Notes: a model not told the origin generated them from the letters alone. DNA of 41,227 nt from a virus (IMGVR_UViG_2713896799_000015:1-41227); one strand, 5' to 3'. Counted from the stretch's first letter, positions 26,450-35,715 are shown. A program made the numbers and translations.

Positions 26450-27925
26450 TTAAGCATAGGGATCGTAATCTGTGATGGCCTTGCCTTGCTGGTTCTGCTG
26501 CCCGGGAATTCGCAGACGCTTCGACACAGGGAACGCAAACGTCAGCAGTAGCGCATCGCCTTTACCAGGCGAACGCCCAAGCCGCTCCTTGATATCTTCC
26601 TTCGGTTCGATAACGATTTTACCGTCCACTCGAACTTTGTACTCTGCCGCCGACAGATCGTCCGCTGTTTCCTGGTCATCCAGCATCCCGCCCAGCCTCA
26701 GCCATGTCTTGCATGAGTTGAACATCTCCCCACGCTTGTTGAGCATCTGCTGGTCAGTAGACGCGCCACCGAACGGAACAAGTTGCCATGTGCGCCCCCA
26801 ACCGTCACCGATTGACTTCAGACCGGTACCGTAACCAAAGTCGATGAACACTGCGTCAGCCTGATACAGGTCTTCAAAGTCAGCGATACGCTTCGCCATA
26901 ATCAGATCGTCGGTAGTCTTGTTGCCAGTCCACAGCACCTTACTGTGTAGCCCCTGCCGCAGGTATATCACCGCGTCATCAACGCCTGAATATGCCGGGT
27001 CAACACCGATTATCACCGGAGCATGCGCCACCTGCGCAGCGGTTACCACCCGTTTCATTGCCTCATCAGTAAGACCGGTAGGGATAAACTGCAATTCAGA
27101 TGCATCAGGGAATATGCCGCGCACACGGATTTTAACGAAGTCGCTGTCTTCCCCGTAGTCATCAACCCATTTCTGCAACTGCTGTTTGTTAGTGCCTTCC
27201 ACCGTCCGGCTGTCAATCTGCGCAGTTTTCCAGCGGTGTTTATATTTGCGGAAACATTCACGGAATCGCCCGGTATTACGCGTCGGGTTTCCGAACGCCA
27301 CCCAGATAATCTCAGTGTCTTCGTCCGTTAGCGCACCTTCGGCAACTTCCCACACCAGATCCGCAATGTTCGACGCTTCATCGAATACCACGATGATGCG
27401 TTTGCGCTCGTTGTGTAGTCCGGCGAATGCCTCAGTGTTGTGCTCAGACCAAGGGATTGCGTCAGCTCGCCACCGCTTGTCGTGCCCAGGATCATTGCTG
27501 TACATCGCGGTAGCGGTACAGGTAAACCAGTCTTTCGTGATAGCAAGGTTCGACCACTTGATAATTTCCGGCCAGGTCTTCGTTCGTAGCTGGTTGTCGG
27601 TGTTGGCGGTCACCACGACCTTACAATCCTCGCAAGTGGACATGCCCCAGTTGATCAGCATTGAGATGAATGCGGATTTACCAATACCGTGACCAGAAGC
27701 GCGTGCCAGCATAAGCGGCTGATAGCGCGTCTCTGGATTCTGCAGGTGATCACGTATCTCTCGGAACGCATCAGCCTGCCACTGACGTGGGCCGGTGGCA
27801 TGTGCCAGTTCAGTCCCCTCTTCCCCCCACGGGAACGCATAGAGGGCATAGCCAAGCGGATCGTGAGTGAACCCTGCAATATCCTCGATCAACTGCTCTT
27901 CAGGAGATAACGCTGTATCTGTCAC
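26450..27925 (-). CDS. Terminase large subunit
   Basis: Walker A GHGIGKS near N-terminus, 491 aa, 4-nt overlap with small subunit gene. Confidence 0.8.
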   Translation of the reverse strand: MTDTALSPEEQLIEDIAGFTHDPLGYALYAFPWGEEGTELAHATGPRQWQADAFREIRDHLQNPETRYQPLMLARASGHGIGKSAFISMLINWGMSTCEDCKVVVTANTDNQLRTKTWPEIIKWSNLAITKDWFTCTATAMYSNDPGHDKRWRADAIPWSEHNTEAFAGLHNERKRIIVVFDEASNIADLVWEVAEGALTDEDTEIIWVAFGNPTRNTGRFRECFRKYKHRWKTAQIDSRTVEGTNKQQLQKWVDDYGEDSDFVKIRVRGIFPDASELQFIPTGLTDEAMKRVVTAAQVAHAPVIIGVDPAYSGVDDAVIYLRQGLHSKVLWTGNKTTDDLIMAKRIADFEDLYQADAVFIDFGYGTGLKSIGDGWGRTWQLVPFGGASTDQQMLNKRGEMFNSCKTWLRLGGMLDDQETADDLSAAEYKVRVDGKIVIEPKEDIKERLGRSPGKGDALLLTFAFPVSKRLRIPGQQNQQGKAITDYDPYA

Positions 27926-28518
27926 TGATTACCATCCTGACGTTCTTTGAGTCGCTTCCTGGCTGCCGCTATGCGATCAGCAATTGTCACATTCACATTA
28001 ACATCCAGGCGTTCTTTGAACGCGTTGACGTCGACGTGCTTACCAATCAGTTCGAGGTTCTTCACCTTGTCAGGCCATTTAATTTTTTTGAGGATTGTCT
28101 CTATCGAATCCTCGTTCATGTTCATGATGGTCGATGACAGATCAAAGCCACTAAGCGTAGTGCGCCAGATTTTCGGCCACTCGCGGATTGGCTTAAGGCT
28201 CCCATCGTCGTTGAGGATGTCGATCACGTCCATCTGGTCGATCTCCACCAGGCGCATGAGAACGTAATCAGCACTGACGCGCATTCGTTTGTTGCGCTCC
28301 TCCATCAACTCGGCAATCCGTTTTTGAATGCGTTCATCGCGCATCATGACACTGGCTTTAACTGCCGCTGTATTTGGGGAGAATCCTGCGTTAATCGCTG
28401 CCTGAGTCTGGTTTTCAGGCGTTTTGATGTATGACTGGCAATAAGCCTCCTGCATTGCTGTTAGTGGCTTAAATTGCGTTGATTTGCGTTTATAGGTTTT
28501 AGGTTCAGCAGGCATCAT
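27922..28518 (-). CDS. Terminase small subunit
   Basis: Start taken at MMPAEPK (28518); the longer ORF's N-terminal extension lies over a DNA repeat region and is unlikely to be translated. Confidence 0.55.
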   Translation of the reverse strand: MMPAEPKTYKRKSTQFKPLTAMQEAYCQSYIKTPENQTQAAINAGFSPNTAAVKASVMMRDERIQKRIAELMEERNKRMRVSADYVLMRLVEIDQMDVIDILNDDGSLKPIREWPKIWRTTLSGFDLSSTIMNMNEDSIETILKKIKWPDKVKNLELIGKHVDVNAFKERLDVNVNVTIADRIAAARKRLKERQDGNQ

Positions 28519-28560
28519 AACCACCGTGGTAATAGTTACCGTTGTGGTAATAGTACCATG

Positions 28561-28587
28561 CAAAATAAAGCCGCCATAGTTGGCGGC
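28561..28587 (-). terminator. Minus-strand terminator just upstream of terminase genes
   Basis: On the minus strand GCCGCCA-ACTA-TGGCGGC followed by TTTATTTTG. Confidence 0.55.
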
Positions 28588-28627
28588 AGTATTCAAAACC
28601 ATCAAATTCATCATGCATAATCTACTC

Positions 28628-28639
28628 GTGACATGTCAC
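28628..28639. repeat. Palindrome GTGACATGTCAC, copy 3 of 3
   Basis: Perfect 12-mer overlapping the stop of the 28636-28977 gene, 41 nt upstream (minus sense) of the terminator. Confidence 0.7.
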
Positions 28640-28977
28640 ACTATTAATTTCGTTTCATGCCAGCCTTTAGTCACCCAGCATTGTGAGTCACCATTACACG
28701 GACATGAATTAACTGGAACTCTCTCGCCGCACTTACCGCAACGTTTTCTAATGATCGATTTTATACGCCCGCGCACGCGTGCATCATCCTGGCGGATCAG
28801 TAACGCTATATACTCACAAAATTCGTAAGGCGCACGCCCGGGGCGACGCGCAGCACAGTTACGCTCAAGCATTTCAATTTCCTGAGCATCAAGCACAATT
28901 TCCAGCTTACGCACACCAGATGCAGCTTGTCTGGCTCTCTGAGCGGCTTTGCGCTCTGCTGCTGATTTAGCCATCAA
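28636..28977 (-). CDS. Small Cys-rich protein (possible zinc-binding regulator)
   Basis: Basic N-terminus, C-terminal CGKCG...CPCNGDSQC cluster; last gene before the terminator preceding terminase. Confidence 0.4.
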   Translation of the reverse strand: MMAKSAAERKAAQRARQAASGVRKLEIVLDAQEIEMLERNCAARRPGRAPYEFCEYIALLIRQDDARVRGRIKSIIRKRCGKCGERVPVNSCPCNGDSQCWVTKGWHETKLIV

Positions 28978-29248
28978 TATTTACCTTTATCGCGTATACC
29001 TTTACCGGTTTATCGCCGAAGTGGGGATGTGTGATTGTCTTGATTTCATATCCGTCATACGGGACGTCAATTCTACGACTGGAGTCGTCGCGCTTCGGAT
29101 ATCCCTTTGTGATAATCAGTCGGTCATAATCCCTGAACATAATTCGCTTATTCCAGTAGTCATTACACAGGCGATACTCTTCCGTTTTCTCTCCGCGAAT
29201 GATGGCATCGAAGTATTCACCTTTAACGGCTAGTTGCAGGTTAGCCAC
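28967..29248 (-). CDS. Hypothetical protein (possibly ASCH-like)
   Basis: 93-aa ORF in operon; fold call is weak. Confidence 0.35.
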   Translation of the reverse strand: MANLQLAVKGEYFDAIIRGEKTEEYRLCNDYWNKRIMFRDYDRLIITKGYPKRDDSSRRIDVPYDGYEIKTITHPHFGDKPVKVYAIKVNIDG

Positions 29249-29912
29249 GATTAACCTCCTGCGGCGGTTCTGGTAGAGGCATCCAGAACAAGGCGTTCCC
29301 TAACCACGATAAAGTGCCGTCGCTCAACTCCACGTATTCCCCTTGTACCTGTCCTGCCATATACTCGCCGTGCTTTGAATAAATTAAAATCCAATCATCT
29401 TGAGGGGGCATTCGCTCACTACAGCTTATCCAACCATCCGGAGTTACCGGAGAGTTGCCTGCCAGTCTACGCAAAACAGCCTTAACAGCCTCAATACGGT
29501 CATCATCGCAATTTTCCAGCGTATCTATGCGGTCGAGCATGATGATGGCGTTATCAATATCAGGATTGCCGGTCCACTCATTACCGCGATTGGATTCGGC
29601 AGCCTGGTTGCGCATAATCTCAGGCGTAAGCTCTTTGTAAGCATAAGCAAGAGGCTCTGATGCATTATCCGGCACAACCGACGCAGGCGCGGCAGCATAA
29701 ACAGGAATAACGTCCGGTTGCTCTTTATTGCTTTCATCCGTTAAAGCCCAGAATAATTTCCCGGCCGGATGTTTGAAAATATAAGCAACTGGTTCTGCTT
29801 CCAGCGATGCCAGCGTAATCCGTGCAAGTTCCATTTGTTCACCACGGGTAAGCCCGTTTTCAAGCGGATTTTTAATGAACAATTCAATACGTTCTTTGGT
29901 AATAGTGGTCAT
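29241..29912 (-). CDS. DUF551-type phage protein
   Basis: C-terminal DGWISCSERMPP...FWMPLPEPP is the characteristic DUF551 signature. Confidence 0.5.
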   Translation of the reverse strand: MTTITKERIELFIKNPLENGLTRGEQMELARITLASLEAEPVAYIFKHPAGKLFWALTDESNKEQPDVIPVYAAAPASVVPDNASEPLAYAYKELTPEIMRNQAAESNRGNEWTGNPDIDNAIIMLDRIDTLENCDDDRIEAVKAVLRRLAGNSPVTPDGWISCSERMPPQDDWILIYSKHGEYMAGQVQGEYVELSDGTLSWLGNALFWMPLPEPPQEVNRG

Positions 29913-29922
29913 TTGTTAGTCC

Positions 29923-30678
29923 TTAAACTGCTAGTTGCAATTGCATTTCAAAGCGGTCGCGTTGTTCACAATACGCAAGAGAACCAGGGCTATTGTGTGC
30001 CTCAATCCGTTCTACCATTAATGCTGCGCGTGTCTCTTTACTTGCAGGTGCATAAGCCCCAGACCAGGCTTTATCAATACCGATGTTTCGAGCGACGTTC
30101 GTACTATCTGCGCTGGCTAAGGGTAATTTTGTGAATATCAGCGGATTTAACATGCGCAATCCATGTAGTTTCGTAACCGGCTGACCATGCTCATCAACAA
30201 TGTGACGAATCAGGTCTTTCATTCTGGCTACCGCAAGAGTTGGGCGCTTTACGTCATAGTCGCCACAACTACCGATAGCCACTCGCGGAAACTCATTGCA
30301 CAAATGAATAAATCGCTCGTCACTTTCATTCATGTGCCACACTGGAACGCCAGCTAGTTTTCCGTGAGGCCACTCATTCAGAAGCGCATCATTTTCCTCC
30401 TCTCCGCCATCAATAACATCCGGGATAATGGCAAAATCGAATCCTGGGTGATTCTTCCAGCGAGCGACAAACTCGTAGTAATCGCTCCAGTCGATTTTGT
30501 TTTTGCCAGCTGCTTTCCAGGCGGTGAATGCACCGTTGTCCAGCGCGAACGACTGACAGTATTCAGCCGCGAGATTGATCTGGCCTGAATGCGCAAAACT
30601 GATAAACGCATGTCGCCCTTTCCATGCTCTCATTGCGCACGTATCAGGAGTAATAGGCCCACCGTGGTAGTGAATCAT
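29923..30678 (-). CDS. Hypothetical protein, 251 aa
   Basis: No clear family; weak resemblance of VAIGSCGDYD to a TGT/DpdA glycine-rich motif. Confidence 0.4.
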   Translation of the reverse strand: MIHYHGGPITPDTCAMRAWKGRHAFISFAHSGQINLAAEYCQSFALDNGAFTAWKAAGKNKIDWSDYYEFVARWKNHPGFDFAIIPDVIDGGEEENDALLNEWPHGKLAGVPVWHMNESDERFIHLCNEFPRVAIGSCGDYDVKRPTLAVARMKDLIRHIVDEHGQPVTKLHGLRMLNPLIFTKLPLASADSTNVARNIGIDKAWSGAYAPASKETRAALMVERIEAHNSPGSLAYCEQRDRFEMQLQLAV

Positions 30679-30679
30679 C

Positions 30680-31093
30680 TCACTCTCCTTTGATGCGAAT
30701 GCCAGTGGCGCGGATTGCAGCGATGACTTCAGAAACTTTGTATGCCATTACCGTTTGGTAATCATCGTGAAAATCTGTTCGATGAAGCATGCTGCTACGT
30801 TCCGGGAGCAGTATTTCCCGCTCCTCCAGTTCTGCTATGCGCTTTTTTGCTGCTTCCAGTTCATCCAGTAATTCCAGCACGGTAGCCGGATTAGCCTTGG
30901 CAACAAAATCCCGGACTGGCTTACAATCAATCTCCGCAATGGGTTGATACGATGTGTAGCCATGCTGTCTTGTATAACTACCGTGACGAATAACGAAAAA
31001 ATCACCGTTTATTTTTTTAGCTTGCCACTTATCTTTACCGGCTTTCACTGCCACATCACGCAGTGCCTGATAGTCAATTGTCATTCTCGCCAT
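30680..31093 (-). CDS. Hypothetical protein with Ea22-like coiled-coil
   Basis: LLDELEAAKKRIAELEERE segment. Confidence 0.4.
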   Translation of the reverse strand: MARMTIDYQALRDVAVKAGKDKWQAKKINGDFFVIRHGSYTRQHGYTSYQPIAEIDCKPVRDFVAKANPATVLELLDELEAAKKRIAELEEREILLPERSSMLHRTDFHDDYQTVMAYKVSEVIAAIRATGIRIKGE

Positions 31094-31725
31094 CCTTCAC
31101 AGTTGTAATCACTACAGCCTTCAAAATCATATGGGCTGTACTGCCAGGAGATTTTTCCGCAATGCGGACAATTCCAACGCACCTTCCCGCTTCGCGACTT
31201 CTTTCTTCTGTTCTGCTCTTTCAACCAGTCAGGCATGACCAAACCTGCGCCCTGAACCATTGTTCTGCGGTTAAAGTTATTGATATTGAACGTCCGGCGC
31301 TTTGCTGCATCAGCAATGGAAAATGGCAACCAAACTATTCCTGGTTCGTTTTTGTTGGCGACGCTAAAGATGGTCGCTTTACTGAAGTCATCTGTTGGCA
31401 ATCCACCGTGTTGAAGCCAGTAAACATCGTTGCCGTTCCAGCTACCTTTTTTGTAGGCCACATACGCAGTGCAATCTGGCTCAATCAGGTTTTCTGTAGG
31501 GATGTACTGGCAATCAACGTGCCACACAGCCATTGCATTCACGCTATCAGCGCAAACAGGCTGATCGATATCTCGACCACAATTCCAGGCTTTTTGGGCT
31601 TCTTCCAGCGTGTAAACATGAGCGCGATCGATATTAGAACTGTAACCATTGCCGTTATGGCAATGGAATGAAGCGTTATTACCCACAGTTTCACGCAAGC
31701 ACATCATGTAAAAGCGGTTATTCAC
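31081..31725 (-). CDS. Hypothetical Cys-rich protein
   Basis: GTG start overlapping upstream stop (GTGA) with AAGGAGG 7 nt upstream; C-terminal CPHCG...CEGW cluster. Confidence 0.45.
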   Translation of the reverse strand: MNNRFYMMCLRETVGNNASFHCHNGNGYSSNIDRAHVYTLEEAQKAWNCGRDIDQPVCADSVNAMAVWHVDCQYIPTENLIEPDCTAYVAYKKGSWNGNDVYWLQHGGLPTDDFSKATIFSVANKNEPGIVWLPFSIADAAKRRTFNINNFNRRTMVQGAGLVMPDWLKEQNRRKKSRSGKVRWNCPHCGKISWQYSPYDFEGCSDYNCEGWRE

Positions 31726-32201
31726 TGGCTGCCTCCTTTGCGAAGCTGCTCCGCACAATGCAGCAGGGCGTCCGTCGCTTCTTTCACCGTAACGATGTCG
31801 CCATCGTCCAGCCCGACAACCGTCGCGTCCTTAACGAACACCGCGCAAAGGTCATTAAACGCCTTAGCCCGTACTTCAGCCAGGAAAGCGTCGGTAGCTG
31901 GGGTTTCGATATCGTTAATTTCAGGAAGAATCTCTTCCCATGTAGCGATATCGCCATTCAAATGCCATCCGGCAATTCCACTGGAGTTATCCGCAACACT
32001 GCGAACGGCTTCAATAGTTTCATGCATTGCCGCATTCTCCGCCACCAGCGCATTAGCACGCACCAGTTGCACTTCCAGTTGCGTTGCCAAATCGCTGAGC
32101 AGCTTTGCCACACTACGCATATCAACGGCACCACATTCAGCTTTCAGTTCCGAAGCCATCTCATGCCCGGCGGCAACTAACCCTTTGATATTACTTTCCA
32201 T
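31722..32201 (-). CDS. Hypothetical protein
   Basis: 159-aa acidic ORF in operon. Confidence 0.45.
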   Translation of the reverse strand: MESNIKGLVAAGHEMASELKAECGAVDMRSVAKLLSDLATQLEVQLVRANALVAENAAMHETIEAVRSVADNSSGIAGWHLNGDIATWEEILPEINDIETPATDAFLAEVRAKAFNDLCAVFVKDATVVGLDDGDIVTVKEATDALLHCAEQLRKGGSQ

Positions 32202-32262
32202 CTTTACCCTCGCTTATCCACATAACTTATTGATTACATTGATAACTAAAAAGATCGTCGAT

Positions 32263-32607
32263 TCAGAACTTTTCGATGTTCCAGCCACCACCTGCTTTCT
32301 TTGGTTTAACCGTTACCCCGATGATTCGGAACGGATACTGATCTGCGGCGACTTTGGTTTTCACCCTGGCGTCGTCGGTCCAGAAACCTTTCACTTCGTG
32401 CAGTTCCATCTCGCCGGTGGCGAGCATCACAGCAAAATCGGGCGTATAGAACGTGTTGTCAGCTAACCGCAACTTGATACCCTCAAATCGATACCAGACG
32501 ATTTCTCCTGCACGTTTACGCAGCTCAAGGTGCTGGCAATACGCAGATTCTGTTTTGTTCATCTGGCCTGTTTTGAGTCGACCAAGAGCCTGTATCTGTT
32601 TTCTCAT
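32263..32607 (-). CDS. DUF1064-type phage protein
   Basis: 114 aa, common small protein of lambdoid replication regions (family call by recollection). Confidence 0.45.
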   Translation of the reverse strand: MRKQIQALGRLKTGQMNKTESAYCQHLELRKRAGEIVWYRFEGIKLRLADNTFYTPDFAVMLATGEMELHEVKGFWTDDARVKTKVAADQYPFRIIGVTVKPKKAGGGWNIEKF

Positions 32608-32610
32608 GAT

Positions 32611-32688
32611 TTACCCCTTAGGTAATTAAAAACCACATAAGACATGAAATCAATAGAAATTAGAACATTTTATTACCTACAAGGTAAT
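32611..32688. promoter_or_regulatory. Two perfect operators (TTACCCCTTAGGTAA 32611-32625; TTACCTACAAGGTAA 32674-32688)
   Basis: First copy starts 4 bp from the ATG of the 32607 gene and covers its RBS; both lie in a 117-bp gap between same-strand genes. Confidence 0.55.
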
Positions 32689-32724
32689 CATATAGGCGTA
32701 AAAAAATGCGCTATCGCGCTGGTA

Positions 32725-33525
32725 TTACTTGATAAATCCTGCCGCCTTTCCCCGCCTGTATTCCTCCATCAGCCACTGCGCCGGTGTTATTCCCCCAAGG
32801 GTGGCGGCGTTAGGCATGCACCCGAAACTTCGCCCTGGTGGATGGTAAACGTCTCTCCCTGTGTCCGGAGGTGTACTCATGGGCTCTGGCTTTGCCTGTA
32901 TGCTGATCACCGGATCGGGTATCTGCTGTCCGGAAGCCACCTTTTTCGCCCAATCATCGAGCAGCCTGCGCGCGTGTTTCTCAACCTCAATCTCGCTAAG
33001 CTGGCGCTGATACATTGCACGGCGGGTATCACATACGACCCAGTACATAACCGGATGTCGCCACGGGAATCTTTCGGGACCACCAGGATATAAACTTTTT
33101 TCCTTGCTGTACCGATGAAACTCCGCCATCACATCGTCAATGGTGACGCCAAGAACCATCTTGCTGTCTTTACACCACTTGATGAATTGCCCTGGCGACG
33201 GCCAGAACGGAGATTCACTGGCGCGGGCGTGGCGCATACCAGCAGAAACCTGTTCACGGGTTCGGATCCCACTTTCAGCAAACGCAGCAATCCACTGCTG
33301 TTTTGCAGCGACTTCCTGCTCTGGCGTCTTCAGGTTGGTTACCACTGCCGCCGGAAACAGTTGTTTCAGCTGTTTAAAAAGGGCATCAACAAGCCTCTCT
33401 GCTGACATGTTCACCACATTGTCATTGTTGACGTACTGATGCTCATAACCTGACATGCGAGAAAGGGCTTCTCCGTCACGGTTTTGTATCGCGGTAAAAA
33501 CGTTGTTCACAAGAAATCCTCCCAT
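32725..33525 (-). CDS. Replication protein, lambda P-like (helicase loader candidate)
   Basis: Follows the initiator gene with overlap; family call by recollection. Confidence 0.45.
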   Translation of the reverse strand: MGGFLVNNVFTAIQNRDGEALSRMSGYEHQYVNNDNVVNMSAERLVDALFKQLKQLFPAAVVTNLKTPEQEVAAKQQWIAAFAESGIRTREQVSAGMRHARASESPFWPSPGQFIKWCKDSKMVLGVTIDDVMAEFHRYSKEKSLYPGGPERFPWRHPVMYWVVCDTRRAMYQRQLSEIEVEKHARRLLDDWAKKVASGQQIPDPVISIQAKPEPMSTPPDTGRDVYHPPGRSFGCMPNAATLGGITPAQWLMEEYRRGKAAGFIK

Positions 33526-34322
33526 GCTTCAGGGCTGTTCCAGTGCGGAACGTTGTTATCAGGTAATGTTGATTGCTTCTGTCTGCTAATCTGCAGCCGC
33601 CTTGCCAGCTTCTGCTCCCACTGTGCCTGATGGTATGCCTTACCCTCAGCCATCCAGTAAATTCTGAACTCTGCAAGTTCCTGTGCCGTTGGCAGACTGT
33701 CCAGGTAGATCCCCTGCAATGAGCTTTTCCGAAGAAAGTCATCTGATGGCTGCCATTGTTCATGCATGACAAATTTGCCTAATTGCCCTGGCCCACCAGG
33801 AGGAACAAAGTTATTCATCACGGCGTTGTTTGCTCCGGGGTCATGAGGCACAGAATCCCCGCTTTTTGTCCTGCTCTCCCTCTCTTGGTTAAATGACTGG
33901 TTATATGACTGGTTCTGGATCCCGTTTTTGGGATCATTCAACATCCCGTTTTTGGGATCATTCAACATCCCGTTTTTGGGTATATTCCCGTTTTCGGTAA
34001 CATTACCGTTTTCGGGTTCATTACCCCCTTCCCGGTTGCCTTTAATGTTCCCGTTTTTGGTTATATTAAGAGAGAAAACCCGCACTCTTTTCGTCGCTCC
34101 CTTTCTCTCTCCGGTATCTGAAATAAGCCCCATTTTCATGAGCGATATAAGCCCGGCCTGCACGGTTTTTTTATTCAGGCAAGTGTCTTTAACGAGGCGT
34201 TCTATGCTGGGGTAGCAGAGGTTATATTCATCGGCTCTGTCAGCCATCGAGAGCAGTATGAGCTTTAATGATGAGCTACCTGGATCTGTCTCCCAGGCCC
34301 AATCTGTTGCATGTCTGCTCAT
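33507..34322 (-). CDS. Replication initiator, lambda O-like, with internal iterons
   Basis: N-terminal winged-helix-like region; central NGxLNDPK peptide repeats encoded by DNA direct repeats. Confidence 0.55.
   Translation of the reverse strand: MSRHATDWAWETDPGSSSLKLILLSMADRADEYNLCYPSIERLVKDTCLNKKTVQAGLISLMKMGLISDTGERKGATKRVRVFSLNITKNGNIKGNREGGNEPENGNVTENGNIPKNGMLNDPKNGMLNDPKNGIQNQSYNQSFNQERESRTKSGDSVPHDPGANNAVMNNFVPPGGPGQLGKFVMHEQWQPSDDFLRKSSLQGIYLDSLPTAQELAEFRIYWMAEGKAYHQAQWEQKLARRLQISRQKQSTLPDNNVPHWNSPEAWEDFL
33919..34060. repeat. Iteron array (probable origin of replication)
   Basis: ATCCCGTTTTTGGGATCATTCAAC twice in tandem (33919-33942, 33943-33966), then four degenerate CCCGTTTT(T/C)GG copies. 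Confidence 0.65.
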
Positions 34323-34337
34323 GATTAATCTCCGCTA

Positions 34338-34538
34338 TCAGCTTGAGTGTTGTGGGGAGGAATTAATCATGATCTGCTTAATCTCTGCCCTGATGCGACG
34401 GTTTGATTCCATGGTGCACTCAACACAGTGTCCGTTGTAAACCCAGCGTTCACTGTCATGTCCGTGCTTACATGGTTTTCCGGTGTAGTAGCGTTTAAGT
34501 CCGCGCTTTGCGGCATCAATACGTGTAATGATTTCCAT
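34338..34538 (-). CDS. Small zinc-ribbon protein (candidate early regulator)
   Basis: Start taken at MEIITR; CKHGH...CVEC motif. Confidence 0.35.
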   Translation of the reverse strand: MEIITRIDAAKRGLKRYYTGKPCKHGHDSERWVYNGHCVECTMESNRRIRAEIKQIMINSSPQHSS

Positions 34539-34618
34539 GGTAAGCCCTGTTATTAGTATTGGGATTACGGTTATTTTGTGCTGACACAAAAAAAAGATCA
34601 ACCATATTTGGTTTTTTA

Positions 34619-34633
34619 TTACCTTTGAGGTAC
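34619..34633. promoter_or_regulatory. Operator-like site TTACCTTTGAGGTAC (one mismatch)
   Basis: Between the cro-like gene and the next downstream gene. Confidence 0.4.
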
Positions 34634-34688
34634 GAATAGATATGAAAAGACCGCCGGATGGCGGTCTACAGAGGGTTGTGGCTGGATA

Positions 34689-34919
34689 TCATGAGTAGAA
34701 GAAGTATGCCAATTCTGCTTTTGAGCGCAGCCATTGTCTTGATTTACAGGCTTTAAAAAGCCCATCCATCAATACCTTACCTGGCATTTTGCGCTTACCT
34801 GTTAAGTGAGTCTGGATATAGTGACTCGTCGTTCCGGCTTCCTGTGCGAAGGCTTCACGCTCATCCGGAGTAAGTGCAAGCCAGTGCTTTTTGAAATCGA
34901 AATGTCCGTTATCGCTCAT
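34689..34919 (-). CDS. Cro-like HTH regulator
   Basis: 76 aa, divergent from the repressor, reads toward replication genes; a hairpin (34649-34666) follows it. Confidence 0.5.
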   Translation of the reverse strand: MSDNGHFDFKKHWLALTPDEREAFAQEAGTTSHYIQTHLTGKRKMPGKVLMDGLFKACKSRQWLRSKAELAYFFYS

Positions 34920-34955
34920 AGCTATTGCCTGATATTTATTTCAGATAATAAATAT

Positions 34956-35019
34956 TCACCTATAAGGTAACAAAAATCAAGGATAGTTACCCATGAGGTG
35001 CATTTACCTGTTGGGTAAT
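34956..35019. promoter_or_regulatory. Operator cluster (OR-like): three sites between cro-like and repressor genes
   Basis: TCACCTATAAGGTAA (34956-34970), TTACCCATGAGGTGC (34987-35001), TTACCTGTTGGGTAA (35005-35019). Confidence 0.6.
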
Positions 35020-35073
35020 ATTGCTTTAAATTGAATCATCTTCTGATTCAGATATGAGGCGATTTTCCAGAAA

Positions 35074-35658
35074 ATGAAAAGTATCCAGGACGTCCGCAGG
35101 CAAAATCTCAACGACTTGATCGACCGTGAATTCAATGGTGTTCAGACGCGGATGGCTGAAAAACTTGGAACTCAGGCAAATCTGGTAAACCGCTGGGCTC
35201 TTGGCAAGAAGGTTATCGGCGACCAGGTTGCGCGAAAAATTGAAGCTGCCGCCAATAAACCCCGTAACTGGCTTGATATCGATCGCTCGCTTTCTCAGGA
35301 AGGTTTTCAGCCTGTCGGACCAAGCGACATTGGTCAACTGGCGGCTCACAACCTGGAACGCTGGATGAGCGAAAGCCGCGACCTTTCAACGCAGGGAAAA
35401 CTTCACCGCGCATCCGGCGTCGCCCAGGTGACAATCAGCCGCCTGTTAAACAATGAGGTCAGCGTTTCCATTTCCACCCTGGAGAATGTTGCATCCGCAT
35501 TCGGGCGTCACGGCTATGAATTACTGATTCACCCGCACGACCCTGCGACTATCAACTATGACCGCTCGCGCTACGCTTTGTTACCCGAAACCGAGAAAGC
35601 AAAGATCGAAAGTTACATTGAATTTGTCATCAACCAGAACGAAAAAAACAAACAATAA
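35074..35658 (+). CDS. Prophage repressor, tandem HTH, no peptidase domain
   Basis: Two XRE-type HTH segments in 194 aa; no S24 Ser/Lys autopeptidase region; flanked by operator clusters. Confidence 0.55.
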   Translation: MKSIQDVRRQNLNDLIDREFNGVQTRMAEKLGTQANLVNRWALGKKVIGDQVARKIEAAANKPRNWLDIDRSLSQEGFQPVGPSDIGQLAAHNLERWMSESRDLSTQGKLHRASGVAQVTISRLLNNEVSVSISTLENVASAFGRHGYELLIHPHDPATINYDRSRYALLPETEKAKIESYIEFVINQNEKNKQ

Positions 35659-35678
35659 AATCATATTTTTCAGTAAGT

Positions 35679-35705
35679 AAGCCGCCTTCTGGCGGCTTTT
35701 TTATT
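35679..35705 (+). terminator. Terminator after repressor gene
   Basis: GCCGCC-TTCT-GGCGGC followed by TTTTTTATT. Confidence 0.65.
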
Positions 35706-35715
35706 GCCTGTTAGA

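Noticed and set aside
28519-28614. N-terminal 32-residue extension of the terminase small subunit ORF
   Set aside because: It translates a DNA repeat region (TTVTITTV) and spans a terminator hairpin; the internal MMPAEPK start is more plausible.
31738-32466. 242-aa plus-strand ORF
   Set aside because: Ser/Ala/Thr-rich translation antisense to two minus-strand operon genes; typical shadow frame.
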